This document shows, in pieces, positions 38,801 to 52,800 of a stretch of DNA of 64,000 bases. The DNA lies in NCBI RefSeq assembly GCF_004010195.1, contig NC_057720.1:25216282-25280281 (forward strand), in the 5' to 3' direction. The position numbers and the translations under genes were made by a program. The DNA comes from Chiloscyllium plagiosum (Eukaryota). The stretch's first letter is position 1. Every line of letters begins with the position of its first letter. The notes below the pieces were generated by a model. It searched no databases. It saw only the letters and a program-made list of their open reading frames with translations, and had not been told where the DNA came from.

Positions 38801-41204
38801 GTCATGTCGATGAGGAAAAGGGTAGGGCAAGGATAAATGGTGAGGGGATGGGTGCAGAGTTAATTGCTGATGCTGTACTTATGAAAACTTAATAAAGACT
38901 AAATGGGGATAGAAGAATTATGCAGGAGAAAGATGACGTAGTTAACTGGTTCTTGGAAATGGAGTTGAGGACCAAAGTTGGGAGTGACACTCGGAGGAAC
39001 AACCAGGATGGAAATTAGCACAGTTTATGTTCTGTTTATTTAGTCATGGTTATTCCTACGCTAATCAGTATCTAAATGTAACTCCAAGAGTAGTGGTAAC
39101 TGCAGATTTTTTGTAACAACTTCAAAGTTTGTCAGGAGACTATTACACCTGCATAACTTTTCATGATGGTCACTTACAAATTGCCTCTTATTCAGAGAAG
39201 CCACTCTTGGCCAAGACACCTTTATTTCTCTAATATGGTGGTCTCAAGAAATGAGCATTCTATTGCATTCTTACTGTAATTTCTCACTTCATGTGGCCCT
39301 GCAGACTGATGTCTTTTTAGATGATCTGAACTGCAAAAGAGTTCCTGGGACAAAATCTCTTCATACTTCATAAAGTCAAGCTGCTATGTTATTTCACTAA
39401 CTTACCTGTTCAGACAAGAAATTGATGAAACAGTATATATAGAAACAAAGAAGTATAAAATTCCACTTGATTTTCCTTCCTGTTATGGAAACCTGGCATT
39501 GTTACTATGCACCATAGTTGTGTCATGCCAGACTTCCTGCACCGGAATCAAAAGTGCACTGTTATCAAAAGGTTACTCACAGATACATCCCAACACAGTC
39601 TTCCAGACCAGAGATGCAGTAAATTGCCTGAAACAAATTAGGCTTGTTCATCCCTGTGGGTGGAAAGCCCCACATTCAAAGTGAGGACAGCAATTCTATT
39701 TGAATCTGGAATTATTATCAACCATTATCCAAGAAATAAATATCACAAAACAGTTTTGAAAAATGCTTGTTGTAGACACTGACAGTGCAACCAGATGGAC
39801 ATCTCTGGAAATGCTAGTAGAGTTTAATGGTGCTTCTATGTGAATTACTTCACTCTGACGGAATGCTTCTATGGACATTCGGGCACTATGAATGCTCAAT
39901 GGGAATTCTTGGGAATTTAGACTTTTCAGTTCAATTTTGATGCTTTTACTAGCTTTTCTTAAATCAGCTGGCTTCCCATTATGGTGAGTAGACTGTACAA
40001 CTGCTCAAACCAGTTCTATTCCAGTGTGTTATCCAAAATCAACATTTCTGAAACTGCGGAATCATATTCTCAAAATGTAGGATCCTGTGAAAAGACATGT
40101 GATTGCTGCAAGACAACAACATTTAAAGGATTGATTCTGAATTCCCTAGAACACAGGAAAAATATTCTTGTTTAATTGGTATAACTATATTGTAAGATAG
40201 AAGTTGAATAAGGCAATTAACTTTGGTTTAAGCTTATCATCAAACCTCAAACTTAGTTTGCAACTTGGAAATCTCTTTCTAAGATGTAAAATAAAAGCAG
40301 TTTAAATAAAGCTGCGTATTATTGATGTGAACTTGCAAACTGTAGGACAGACTTGTTCAGAACTCATTTTTCCATGGATCTGATTATTGCTAGACATGCT
40401 CAGCTAGCAACAGTGAATGGATGTGACAGGAGCTAAATAAACACAAAGTGAACTGTTTCAGCCTGGTTTCATTTGGCTCAGCTGTTTTTGGAGTATCTTA
40501 CCTTTTGTTCCCTCCTATACACATCTTCACCCATTATTCCAGAATATTCTCAGTCAAGCTTTTACTTGTCCACCACTAACACAGCCCTGATCTGTGTTTT
40601 TTTCCCTTTCACTGTAGTGATGAAGGGGTAAATCATACAAAATTATTTTATCTTCACTTCCATTTCCATTTTCCAAGCGAGTCTAAATAGATATTTCAAG
40701 TTAGACATAATCTCAGCAGTTCCAGTTACGTCAGGTCATAGCTGGATATTTTAAGCTACCATGCTGAGGTGAAGAACTCTCAGAATATCCTATCAGCTGT
40801 AGCTTAAGGACATCAAGATCCAAAGTCTTTTCACTCAAATGATAGATTGTGTTCGATAGTGAGTTCAGATTGCACATGTTCACTTAAGGTATATAGAAAA
40901 CCTAATCTGTTTTGACTGAGAAAAATGTTCTTGGGTTGAGGGAGAAGGAACTATCAAGTGTTTTAAAATTGTAATGTGGATTGGTTGAACTAGATGTAAA
41001 GAAGTGTTTAGATACTGAAGGTGGGAATTTGAATTGCAATTGGATTTCTGTTAAAAGTAGAATGCCACTTTCACCACTTAAAAATTGTTAACATTTTGAT
41101 TGGCTGCCATCTGGTGGAAGAAGTCTTGGCTTAATTTTAAGGTTCAGGGCAAAGGAGGAACAGAATTTATTTTTGTATTGGCAACTGACTGCAATTTCTA
41201 CTCC

Positions 41205-44200
41205 ACCTAGAAAGTTAAATGTCTCATGATGACTGTACACCATTGTTGATTATTGTAAAAACCTATTTGGTTCATTAATACTCTTTATGGAAGGGAGCTG
41301 CCATCCTTACCTGATCTGGCAAAAATGGGACTGTAGACACACAGCATGTGTGGTTGAATCTTAACTACCCTATGAAACAGCCGAGCAAGCCATTAAGTTG
41401 TACCAACCACAAGAAAAGTAAGAAAGAATGAAACTGGACAGACCACTTTGCATCAACTAAAGTACCTAAAACGACAATGGCAGAGACAGCCCTGTCAATC
41501 CTGCAAAGTCGTCCTCCTTAACATCTGAGGTCTAGTGCCAACATTTGGAGACCCATTCCCAGATATGTCCTGTCTCACGGGCAGGAGAAACTCTGCATTG
41601 CTGTTGGGCCGGTGGTATAGCCCAGAAATTTGATAGCAAGGCATTTGATAAGGTTCCCCATGGTAGGCTCATTCAGAAGGTCAGGAGGAATGGGATACAG
41701 GGAAATTTAGCTATCTGGATACAGAATTGGCTGGTCGACAGAAGACAGCGAGTTGTAGTGGAAGGAAAGTATTCTGCCTGGAAGTCAGTGGTGAGTGGTG
41801 TTCCACTGGGCTCTGTTCTTGGGCCTCTACTGTTTCTAATTTTTATTAATGACTTGGATGAGGAGATTGAAGGATGGGTTAGCAAGTTTGCAGACGACAC
41901 AAAGGTTGGAGGTGTCGTTAACAGTATAGAGGACTGTTGTAGCTGCAGCGTGACATTGACAGGATGCAGAGATGGGCTGACAGATGGCAGATGAAGTTCA
42001 ACCTGGATAAATGTGAGGTGATGCATTTTGGAAGGTCGAACTTGAAAGTTGAGTACAGGATTAAAGGCAGGATTCTTGGCAGTGTGGAGGAACAGTGGGA
42101 TCTTGGTGTGCAGGTACATAGATCCCTTAAAATTGCCACCCAAGTGGACAGGGTTGTTAAGAAAGCATATGGTGTTTTGGCTTTCTTTAACAGGGGAATT
42201 GAGTTTAAGATCTTGTTGCAGCTCTATAAAACTTTGGTTAGACCGCACTTGGAATACTGCGTCCAGTTCTGGTCGNNNNNNNNNNNNNNNNNNNNNNNNN
42301 NNNNNNNNNNNNNNNNNNNNNNNNNNNNNNNNNNNNNNNNNNNNNNNNNNNNNNNNNNNNNNNNNNNNNNNNNNNNNNNNNNNNNNNNNNNNNNNNNNNN
42401 NNNNNNNNNNNNNNNNNNNNNNNNNNNNNNNNNNNNNNNNNNNNNNNNNNNNNNNNNNNNNNNNNNNNNNNNNNNNNNNNNNNNNNNNNNNNNNNNNNNN
42501 NNNNNNNNNNNNNNNNNNNNNNNNNNNNNNNNNNNNNNNNNNNNNNNNNNNNNNNNNNNNNNNNNNNNNNNNNNNNNNNNNNNNNNNNNNNNNNNNNNNN
42601 NNNNNNNNNNNNNNNNNNNNNNNNNNNNNNNNNNNNNNNNNNNNNNNNNNNNNNNNNNNNNNNNNNNNNNNNNNNNNNNNNNNNNNNNNNNNNNNNNNNN
42701 NNNNNNNNNNNNNNNNNNNNNNNNNNNNNNNNNNNNNNNNNNNNNNNNNNNNNNNNNNNNNNNNNNNNNNNNNNNNNNNNNNNNNNNNNNNNNNNNNNNN
42801 NNNNNNNNNNNNNNNNNNNNNNNNNNNNNNNNNNNNNNNNGGTTCTTTATGCAGAGAGTTGAGAGAGCATGGAATACGTTGCTAGCAGCAGTTGTGGAAG
42901 CGAGATCATTGGGGATATTTAAGAGACTGCTGGACATGCATATGGTCACAGAACTTTGAGGGTTCGTACATTAGGTTTACCTTACATGAGGATCAATGGT
43001 TGGCACAACATCGTGGGTTGAAGGGCCTGTTCTGTGCTGTACTGTTCTATGTTCTAAATCCTTAACATTGACTCTGGACCCCTTGAGGTCTTGTGGCATC
43101 AGATTAAGCTTAGGCAAGGAAGCCTGTTAATTACCTCATGCCCTCCCCAAACCACCTAATGAATCAGTGCTCCTCAATATTGAACAGCACTTGGAAGAAG
43201 CACTATGCGTGGCAAGAGTGCAGAATGGACTTTGATTGGACAGCAGTGTCCACCACCAAGAGCGTCATGGCAGCACCAGTCTTTACTGAACTGGTCAAGT
43301 CCTCAAGGACATTGCTGCTAGACTGGGTCTGCAGCAGGTGGTGATGGAACCAACAAAAGGCAAAAACAAACTTGACCTAATCTTCAACAATTTGTCTGCA
43401 ACAGTTGCATATAACCATGACAGTATTGTTAAAAATGACTTTGCACAGTCCTTGTGGAGATGAAGTCCCATTGAGAATGCCCTCCATCGCGCTGTGCACT
43501 ACCACCATGCTAAATGGGGCAGACTTCAAACAGATCTAGCAACTCAACTGGGCATTCATGAGACAATCTAAGCAATAAGCAGCAAATAACTTGTACTCCA
43601 ACATATTCTGCAGCAACATGGCCTGGCATATCACTCATCCATCAGGGGATCAACTCTGGTTCACTAAGGTGTGAAGGATCGCATGTCAGGAGCAGCACCA
43701 GGCCTTCCTGAAAATGAGATGTCAAATCTGGTGAAACTACAAAACAGAGCAGCCAAACGGCATAAGCAGCAAATCATGGACAGAGCTAAGCAATTTCACA
43801 CCCAACAGATCAGATCCAAGCTCTACAGTCCTGCTCCATTTTGTTGTGAAAAATAGTGGACCATTTCAAAACTCGCTGAAGTGGGAGAAGGCTTCACAAG
43901 TATTCCCAAGCTCAGCGATGCAGAGTCCTATATATCAGTGCAAAAGATAAGGCTGAAGCATTTGCAGCAATCTTCAGCCAGAACAGTTAAGTGGATGATC
44001 CATCTTGGCCTCCTCCAGAAATCCCCAGCACCACAGATAACAATATTCAACAAATTTGAATCATTCCCCATTATATCAGAAAACAGCTGCAGGCACTGAA
44101 TACTGAAAAGGCCTCTGTGCCCAGACCACATTCCAGCAAAAGTACTGAAGACCTCTGCTCCAGAACTTGCCATGCCCTTGGCGAAGCTGTTCCAGTACAG

Positions 44201-45587
44201 CTACAACACTGGCAACTACCCAGCAGTCTGGAAAATTTCTCAGGTATGACCTGTGCACCAAATTCAGGACAAATCCAACTCCGATAATTACCGCTCCCAT
44301 CAGTCTAGCCTCAATCATCAGTAAAGTGATGGAAAATGCTGTCAACAGTAGTGTCAGGCAACAATAACCTTCTCACTGACACTCTGTTTGGGCTCTGCCA
44401 GAACCACTCCTATCCTGATCTCATTGCAGTCTTAGCTCAAAACATTGACAAAAGAGCTCAAGTCCAGATGTGAGGTGAGAATGACTGCCCTTGACATCAC
44501 GGACAGATTTGATCAAGTGTGACAAGGACTTCTTGCAAAACTGGACTCTCTGGGATTGGGAGTAAATTCTTTCCTAGTTGAAGTCATGCCTGGCACATAA
44601 GATGGTTATGGTTGCTGGAGGTTAGTCATCTCAGCTCTTGGACATCTCCGCAGTTGCTCTTCAGGGTAGTACCCTTGGCCCAACCAACTTCAGCTGTTTC
44701 ATCAGTGACCTTCCCTCCATTGTAAGGTCAGAAGTGGGAATGTTCGCCAGTCATTACACAATGTTGAGCCCCATTTATGACTTCTTAGATACTGAAGCAG
44801 TCCATATCCAAATGCAGGTTTTTCATGGCTTGAGTAGCAAGTAACATGTCCGCCAGATAGGTAGCCAGACAAAAGAGAATCTAACTATCACACTTTGACA
44901 CTCAGTGGTGTTACTTTCACTGAATACCCCACTATCAACATCTAATGGGTTATGTTGACCAAAAACTGAACTGGACAAACCACTTAGGACTGTGGCTACA
45001 AGAATAGGTCAGAGACTAGGAATCCTACAATGACTGACTCATCTTCTGACTACCCAAAACCTGTTCACTAATTGCAAGATACAAATCAGGATTGTCATGG
45101 AATGTCCACCACTTGCCTGACCATTGCTCCAACAGCACTGAAGAAGATTGACACCATCCAGGTCAAAGCAACCTGCTTGATTGACACCACATCCACATTC
45201 ACTCCCTCTGCCACCAATGCTCAGCAGTAGTGTGTCATCATCTATAAATGCACTGTGGAAATTCACCAAGGCTCCTTGAACAGTGCCTTCCAAACATACA
45301 ACCACTACCATTTAGAAGCAAAAGGGCAACAGATGCATGGAATCATCACCACCTGCAAGTTCCCCTCCAAGCTATTCACTGTCCTGACCTGGAAATTTGA
45401 CACCATTCCATCAGTGTTGATGGGTAAAAATCCTGGAACTGCCTCCCTCATGGCATTTTGGTCTACCTACTAATGGACTCCAGTTGTTCAAAAAGGCAGC
45501 TTATCAGTACCTTCTCAAGGGCAACTCGTGTTAAGCAGTTATTACTAGTGTAATGATGCCCACACCCCATGTACCAATAAACAAAAA
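41205..45587 (+). mobile_element. Near full-length family-B LINE (SINE-like 5' body, APE, RT, 3' tail), split by a CR1 insertion
   Basis: 5' body at 41230-41400 matches the family-B SINE; APE remnants on both sides of the CR1; RT motifs PISLASIISKVME, QGSTLGPT.FSCFISDLP, MFA; tail at 45500-45587. Confidence 0.8.
41628..43056 (+). mobile_element. Young CR1 LINE 3' half (RT), with assembly gap 42276-42840
   Basis: SKAFDKVPH, GVPLGSVLGPLLFLIFINDL, SKFADDTK, HLEYCVQFW; tail TGTTCTATGTTCTA. Confidence 0.95.
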
Positions 45588-46499
45588 TGGCAGCTGAATA
45601 AGTGAAAGGCCACCTTAGTTTTCCAGTCTGATTTGAGGATTGTCATTTTTGCCTGATGCATTAATAGTCTTAAATTGAGGGAAGTAAATTTCTCCCAACC
45701 TCAGGTGGTACAAATAGAGCTGCTAAACATTTAGCAGCCTTTTGGGAGACTAATACAGATCACAGCTTTTAGAGGTGGATATATTTTCTCAACAGTTCCA
45801 AATTGGAAATTGTCTGCTTTTCTCTTCTGCCTTCTTCAAATAGATCAGCTTTCTTTTCAGTTGTTCTCTCATTCACTAATTTGAATAATAATAATGTTCA
45901 GAATTTGACAAACACTTGAACTATAAGGAGATCAAAATGGGAGCAGCATTAAATATGTCATCAATAGAATAAAATTACCAATCATGACTCTAAAGATCCT
46001 TTTATCTTCGATCATTATAGTCATTCTCTCTGGCTCTAATCATGAAACACACATTGAACCACAATAATTATAGTGCAATGTGGTGTACTTTATTAAGAAC
46101 TTAAAATGTAAACTGTACGATTTGGTGGCTTATTGATTAAAATTCAGTGCTCAAATTCCTGAATTTTTTATCTCTACTTTTAATACTAGAATTAATATTA
46201 TCTCATCTTTTCTCTCATTGGATATTGCCATGCATTGCGATGTTAATATTTAGTCCAAGATTCAATCCATGATATTAGTAGAACAATAGGCTTGAGAATA
46301 GCACAAGGCATGCCCATTTTACAATGATCCACTTTTTTTAAAAATTAGAATTAAAAGGAGTGCATTGCAAAAGGAAAATAAATCAATTTGTTGCAACTTA
46401 AGTAAATAAAAATTTCCTTTAAGATAGGAGTAACAAGCCATAATCCCCACGAATAGGATGAATGTAATCCAAAGTTATGTGTTGTCTCTATCCTGGCAG

Positions 46500-46713
46500 C
46501 TGTCAATGTTGTTTACAGAGGAGTGTGACAAGGTTCGGGACCTGATGCATGTTCACTCCTTTAGTTATGATTTCCACCTTCGTATCATTCATCAATACTT
46601 GGTCGGCCGTCAGATGACTCTGAGGCAGGGCTACCATTTGACTAGCTTCCTCGAAGATTTTATCTGTCACCATCCAGATATTCCAAAATATGGAAGGAAC
46701 CACATCTTTGAAG
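46500..46713 (+). CDS. SZT2: SZT2 exon, 214 nt ([28 protein letters not shown]...GRNHIFE)
   Basis: cctggcag| acceptor, AAG|GTAAGA donor, phase 0/1; highly conserved SZT2 block. Confidence 0.97.
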
Positions 46714-46861
46714 GTAAGAGAACTGTAATTTTTTTGAAAAAAACATTTGGAACAGCAAGATTTGTTTAGCATCACTTAGTGGAAAAACTGAAGGAACCCA
46801 AATCACAATCTGAGCTTTGATTTTTAAGTTAATATCAGGCTTCAAACGTAACAGAATGTCC

Positions 46862-47180
46862 CAGTCACCTCAAAGGGATATTCTGAAGCAGACTTGGACT
46901 CCCAGCCACCTTGGTAATATTTGGCAGATTTTTTAAAGGGGTAGGTTTTTTAAGGAACATCTTAAAGAAGGGAAGAGGGGGAGAGAAGTTTAGCAGGGAG
47001 TTCCAGAGCTCAGGTCTAGACAGAAGACATGTCCACCAATGGCAGGGCAACTAAAATCTAGGAAGATCAAGCCCAGAATTAGATGAGATGTGCAGGTAAA
47101 TCGGAAGGTTATAGAGCTGCAGGAGATTACAGATTTGGAAGGAATGAGGCCAAGGAGAGATTTCAAAACAGTGATTGCAC
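46862..47180 (-). mobile_element. L2-type LINE 3' fragment (similar pieces at about 37180-37550 and 53390-53900)
   Basis: GGTAGGTTTTTTAAGGAACATCTTAAAG...GGGAGTTCCAGAG; minus-strand LWNSL...FFK..LK motif. Confidence 0.55.
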
Positions 47181-48144
47181 AGTCAATATTTACTAAAGCA
47201 AATCTCTCAATACATTTATTAGTTAAATCTGCAATATTTTTATATTTCACTGCAATGGAATGCCAATTGTACTTAAATGTTAAAGGCTGTGTTAAATGAA
47301 CTACAGCTAACCTATGAGTGAAGAAAGTGACACAGTGCATAGATAGTCTTTACAGTGCTTATTAAAATTTCATTTGTAGGGTGAGGTTGAGAAAATAAGT
47401 TAATATTCTCTGTACCTACATTGTTTTGTTAACTGTAAATATCCTAATCAACAATAAATGTAATTTATGATTTTTCAGCATCTTGGCATTTCCAACTGAT
47501 ATAACACAATGTGATAGGGTGCTATTTCATGTGATCACCAGCTGAATTGCATGGATAGAGAAATGAGTTACCCTAGGCTACCTCGTTATTGCATCTAGTT
47601 ACATGTTACAGAAAAAAAATTATAGTTGCTAGCTTTTCTGGCCAAAATTGTACTATAGAAGTTGAACCAAAGAGAAAAACATGTAGAAGGTAATTGTTCT
47701 TTAAATGAAAAGATATGGTGCAATGCCACATTATGGATCACTTAATTAGTGTTCCTGAGTTGAAACTGGAAAAGCAGTTCAAGAAGGCAGCTCACTACCA
47801 CCATTAGAGATGGACAACAAATATTGACCCAGACATGATACTCACAACATGTAAATGAATAAATAAATAAAACTAGCAGAGTTGCTTTCACTGTTTACTT
47901 GTCAGTGACCTCAGGTAGAAAGTGCTGGGATTAGGAGAGGGCAGCGATGGCCTCAGCAATGACTTTGACTTTCCATTTAAATATAAGGGAGCACTCAATA
48001 GCTAGTCTTATAACAAGATTCATGTGATTGATATTGATAAGTTTGAACAACATACTAGCTGTGAGATGCATGCTTAAAAAAGAATTTTTGTAAGTAAATG
48101 CCTTCTACCATGATGAGTTGCGGAAATTCGATCTTTTTCTCCAG

Positions 48145-48328
48145 GGACGATAGCTTTGTCCACAAACATGACAACTGCTCATCAACTGTACAACTATATC
48201 ACTGACCATGCCAGTATATATGGAATGAAACCATTGCGTATGTCAAGAACAGCAATGGGTATGGAGGGAAGAAAGGGGACCCAGAACACAGAAATGCATG
48301 AGTATGCATTAGTGGCTCTTTGGAATCG
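48145..48328 (+). CDS. SZT2: SZT2 exon, 184 nt (GTIALSTNMTTAHQLYNYITDHAS...MKPLRM...HEYALVALWN)
   Basis: tttttctccag| acceptor, CG|GTGAGT donor, phase 1/2; AHQLYNY..DHAS and EYALV motifs. Confidence 0.95.
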
Positions 48329-48443
48329 GTGAGTGCAAAGCAATGTGTGTATGTGCCATCGTGTTGATATCTTCCCATCTTTCCATTTAGGCAATTTGAT
48401 TGCCAACGGAAATTTAACTGTACTATCAAGGAGCATTCACCCT

Positions 48444-49880
48444 TTAGAACATAGAACAATACAGCACAGAACAGGCCCTTCGGCCCACGATGTTGGCCGA
48501 ACATTTGTCCTAGCTTAAGCACCTATCCATGTACCTATCCAATTGCCGCTTAAAGGTCACCAATGATTCTGACTCTACCACTCCCACAGGCAGCGCATTT
48601 CATGCCCCCACCACTCTCTGGGTAAAGAACCTATCCCTGACATCCCCCCTATACCTTCCACCCTTCACCTTAAATTTATGTCCCCTTGTAACACTCTGTT
48701 GTACCCGGGAAAAACGTCTCTGACTGTCTACTCTATTTATTCCCCTGATCATTTTATAAACTTCTATCAAGTCACCCCTCATCCTTTGCCGTTCCAATGA
48801 GAAAAGGCCTAGCACTCTCAACCTATCCTCATACTACCTATTCTCCATTCCAGGCAACATCCTGGTAAATCTCCTCTGCACCCTCTCCAAAGCTTCCACA
48901 TCTTTCCTAAAATGAGGCGACCAGAACTGCACACAGTACTCCAAATGTGGCCTTACCAAGGTCCTATACAGCTGCAACATCACCTCACGACTCTTGAATT
49001 CAATCCCTCTGCTAATGAACGCTAATACACCGTAGGCCTTCTTACAAGCTGTATCCACCTGAGTGGCAACTTTTAAAGATCTATGAACATGGACCCCAAG
49101 ATCCCTCTGCTCCTCCACCTTACTAAGAACCCTACCGTTAACCCTGTATTCCGCATTCTTATTTGCCCTAGAACTGATTCCTGCGGAACTCCACTTGTAA
49201 CTGGGTTCTAGGCTGAATATTTACCATCTACCACCACTCTCTGCCTTCGACCGGTTAGCCAGTTTTCTATCCAATTGGCCAAATTTCCCTCTATCCCATG
49301 CCTCCTGACTTTCCGCATAAGCCTACCATGGGGAACCTTATCACATGCCTTACTAAAATCCATGTACACTACATCCACTGCTCTACCCTCATCCACATGT
49401 TTGGTCACCTCCTCAAAGAATTCAATAAGACTTGTAAGGCAAGACCTACCCCTCCCAAATCTGTGCTGGCTGTCCCTAATCAAGCAGTGTCTTTCCAGAT
49501 ACTCATAAATCCTATCCCTCAGTACCCTTTCCATTACTTTGCCTACCACCGAAGGAAGCATAACTGGCCTGTAATTCCCGGGGTTATCCCTGTTCCCTTT
49601 TTTGAACAGGGCACAACATTCACCACTCTCCAGTCCCCTGGCACCACCCCCATTGACAGTGAAGACGAAAAGATTATTGCCAACGGTTCTGCAATTTCCT
49701 CTCTTGCTTCCCACATAATCCTAGGATATATCCCGTCCGGGGACTTGTCTATCCTCGAGTTTTTCAAAATGCCCAACACATCTTCCTTCCTAACAAGTAT
49801 CTCCTCTAGCTTACCAGTCCATTTCATACTCTCCTCTTCAACAATACGGTCCCTCTCATTTGTAAATACTGAAGAAAAGT
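48444..49880 (-). mobile_element. Young CR1 LINE ORF2 fragment with internal deletion of the RT core
   Basis: NYRPV, HCLIRDSQHRFGRGRSCLTSL, VYMDFSKACDKVPH, HLEYCVQFW; junction near 49170 removes the FADD region. Confidence 0.95.
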
Positions 49881-49890
49881 AAATACTTTC

Positions 49891-52800
49891 AGGAGAGGCA
49901 ATGGTGTAGTGGTATTATTGTTGAACTTGTCATTCAGAGACCCAGATAGTCTGGGGATCCGAGTTAAAATCTCACCACTTGAATGTGAAAATCTGGAACT
50001 AAAAGTCTAATAATCACTGTGAAACCAATGTCAGTTGTTTTGCAAACTCTTCTGTTTCACTAATGTCCGTTGGGAAGGAAAACTGCCCTGCTTTTCTAGT
50101 CCGGCCTAATTGTGACTCCAGACCATCAGTAATATCATAGTGTTTTAAAACGTGGAAAGAAGTATTTTGGCCCATCATGTCCATACTGATCATCAAGAAC
50201 CTATCTACTCTCGTCCCATTTTCCAGCCTCCAGCCTTGTATACTGTGGCATTTCAAATGATCATTTAAAAGCGTATTAAATGTTGTGATGATTCCCATCT
50301 TTACCTTTCAGGCCATGAGTTCCAGATACCCACTAACCTCTGGATGAAAAAATTATTTCTTAAATCCCATCTAAACTTCCTGTTATAAACCAGGGAGCAG
50401 AGATTTAAGGTAGTTGACCCCACTATGAGGAGAAAGGTTTATTTCTACCTACCCAATCTATATTTCTCATATGTGGTTGACTCTTCACCGCCTTCTGAAA
50501 TGGCCTAGCAAGCCACTTAGTTCCATCGACCACAAGAATGTCTCAAAGAAGGAAAGAAACCAGACAGAACAGTTTGCATCACCTGGGCACTGCAAATAAC
50601 AATGGCAAACACAGTTCTGTCAACCCTACACAGTTCTATCAACCCTGCAAAGTTCTCCTTACTAACATCTGGGGCTAGTGCCAAAATTGAGAGAACTGTC
50701 TCTCCGATTAGTCAAACAATAGCCTAACATAATCACATTCATGGAATCATGCCTTGCACAAGCATCACCATCCATGGCTATGTCCTGTCTCATTGGCAGA
50801 TCAGGCTCAGCAGTGGTGGCGGCTCAGTGTTATACTGTCAGGAGGGAGTTACTATGGAATTCTCAACAATGACATTGCATTCACTGAAGTCTAATTGCAT
50901 CAGGTCAAATATGCTGCTGATTATTATAAACTACCCTTCACTCAGCTGATGAATGAATACTCATTTAGTTGAACAGCATTTTGAGGAAGCACTGTGACAA
51001 GAGGACAGGATGTTCTCTGGTTGGAGGACTTCACTGTCCATCATCAAGAATGGCTCAGCAGCACCACCACTGACCAAACTGATCAGGTTCTAAAGGGTAT
51101 GGCTGCTAGACTGGGTCTACCACAGGTGGTGAGGGAATTAAAAGAGAGACTATCACCATGCTAAGTGATACAGACTTATGAACAGGTCTAGCAACTCAAG
51201 AGTGGGCATACATGGAGCACTGTGGGCCATCAACAGCAGCGGTATTGTATTCCAACACAATCTCCAACTTCAGTATCTCCCACTATACCATTACTATCAA
51301 GCCAAGAGATCAGTCTTTAGTTCAATGAAGAAGGGAGGGAGGCATGCCAGGTGCAGCACTAGGCACACTAAAACTGAAGTGTCAACCTCGTGAAGCTATA
51401 AAAGCAGAACTATTTGCATGCTAAACAACATAAGCAGCCAGTGTAGACAGGGCAAAGTGAGTCCACAGCTGAAGTATCAGATCTAAGCTGTATAGCCCTG
51501 ATACATCCAGTAGTAGACAATTAAACACAATGATGGAGGTGGCTCCATTCTCATGGGGGAATATATCACATCAGCAAATGTTAAAGTTGAGGCATTTACA
51601 CGAGTCTTCAGCCAGAAGTGGATGATCTATCTTGGCCTCTGCCAGAGGGCCCCAGCATCACAGATACCAGTTTTCAGCCAATTTAGTTCAATCCATGAGG
51701 CAAAACACTGGGCCCTGACAACATTTTATCAATCATTACTAAAGACCTGACAAAACTTGCCATTCCCTTATCCAGGCTGTTCCAGTATAATAAAAATGGT
51801 ATCAACTCAACAAGATGGAAAATTGCCCAAATAAGTCATGGATATGGAAAGCAGAACAAATCTAACCCAGCCAGTTACTGCTCTATCAGTCTTCTCTCAA
51901 TCATCAGTAATGTGATGTAAGGTGTCATCAACAGTGCTCTGAAGCAGCACTTCCTTAGCAATAACCTGCTTACTGACAGTTTGTTTGGGTTCTATCAGCA
52001 CCACTCAGCTTCCTGACCTTATTATGACCTTGGTTCAATCATGGGGCAGAAGTGAAATGAAAGTGACAGTCTTTGGCATAAAGGAGCTTAGCAGAATTGG
52101 AGTCTATGAGAAATAGGGGTGAAACTTTTGGCTATGTGGCACAAAAGAAGATGGTTTTGGCTGTTCAAGGTCAGTCACCTCACTCCAGAACATCTCTGCA
52201 GGAGTTCATCAGGGTAGTGTCTGAGCCCCAATCATCTTTTGGTGACTCTTCAGTGACCTTCCCTTCGTTACAAGGTCATAAGTGGTGATACTTGCTGATG
52301 ATTGCACAATGTTCTTTACCATTCGTGACTCCTCAGATACTGAAGCAATCCATGTTTGAAATCAACGAGACCTGAACAGTATCCAGGTTTGGGCTGACAA
52401 GTGGCAAATAACATTGCGCCAGACAAGTGTCAGGCAGTGATCATTGCTAACAAGAGAGATTCCAACCATTAACTCTTGACATTCAAAGGTGTTGCCATCA
52501 CTAAATCCCCCACTACAAATATCCTGACTTACCTTTGCCAAAAACCTGAATTTGGCATGCACGCATGTATGTACGTACCGTGGCTACAAGAGCAAGAAAT
52601 CCTGCAGCAAGTAACTCACCTCCCTGCTCCCTAAAGTCTGTCCACCATCTATAAGACACAGGTCAGGAGTGCGATGGAACACCCCTGACTTTCCTGAAGG
52701 AGTGCAGCTCCAACAGCATTTGAGAAGCTTGACACCATCCAGGACACAGTAGCCTACTTAAATAACACCACATCCACAAACATTGACGGCTTCCCCCCCC

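Noticed and set aside
41964..42959. Long ORFs of 241-331 aa
   Set aside because: Artefacts of translating through the N gap inside a CR1 copy.
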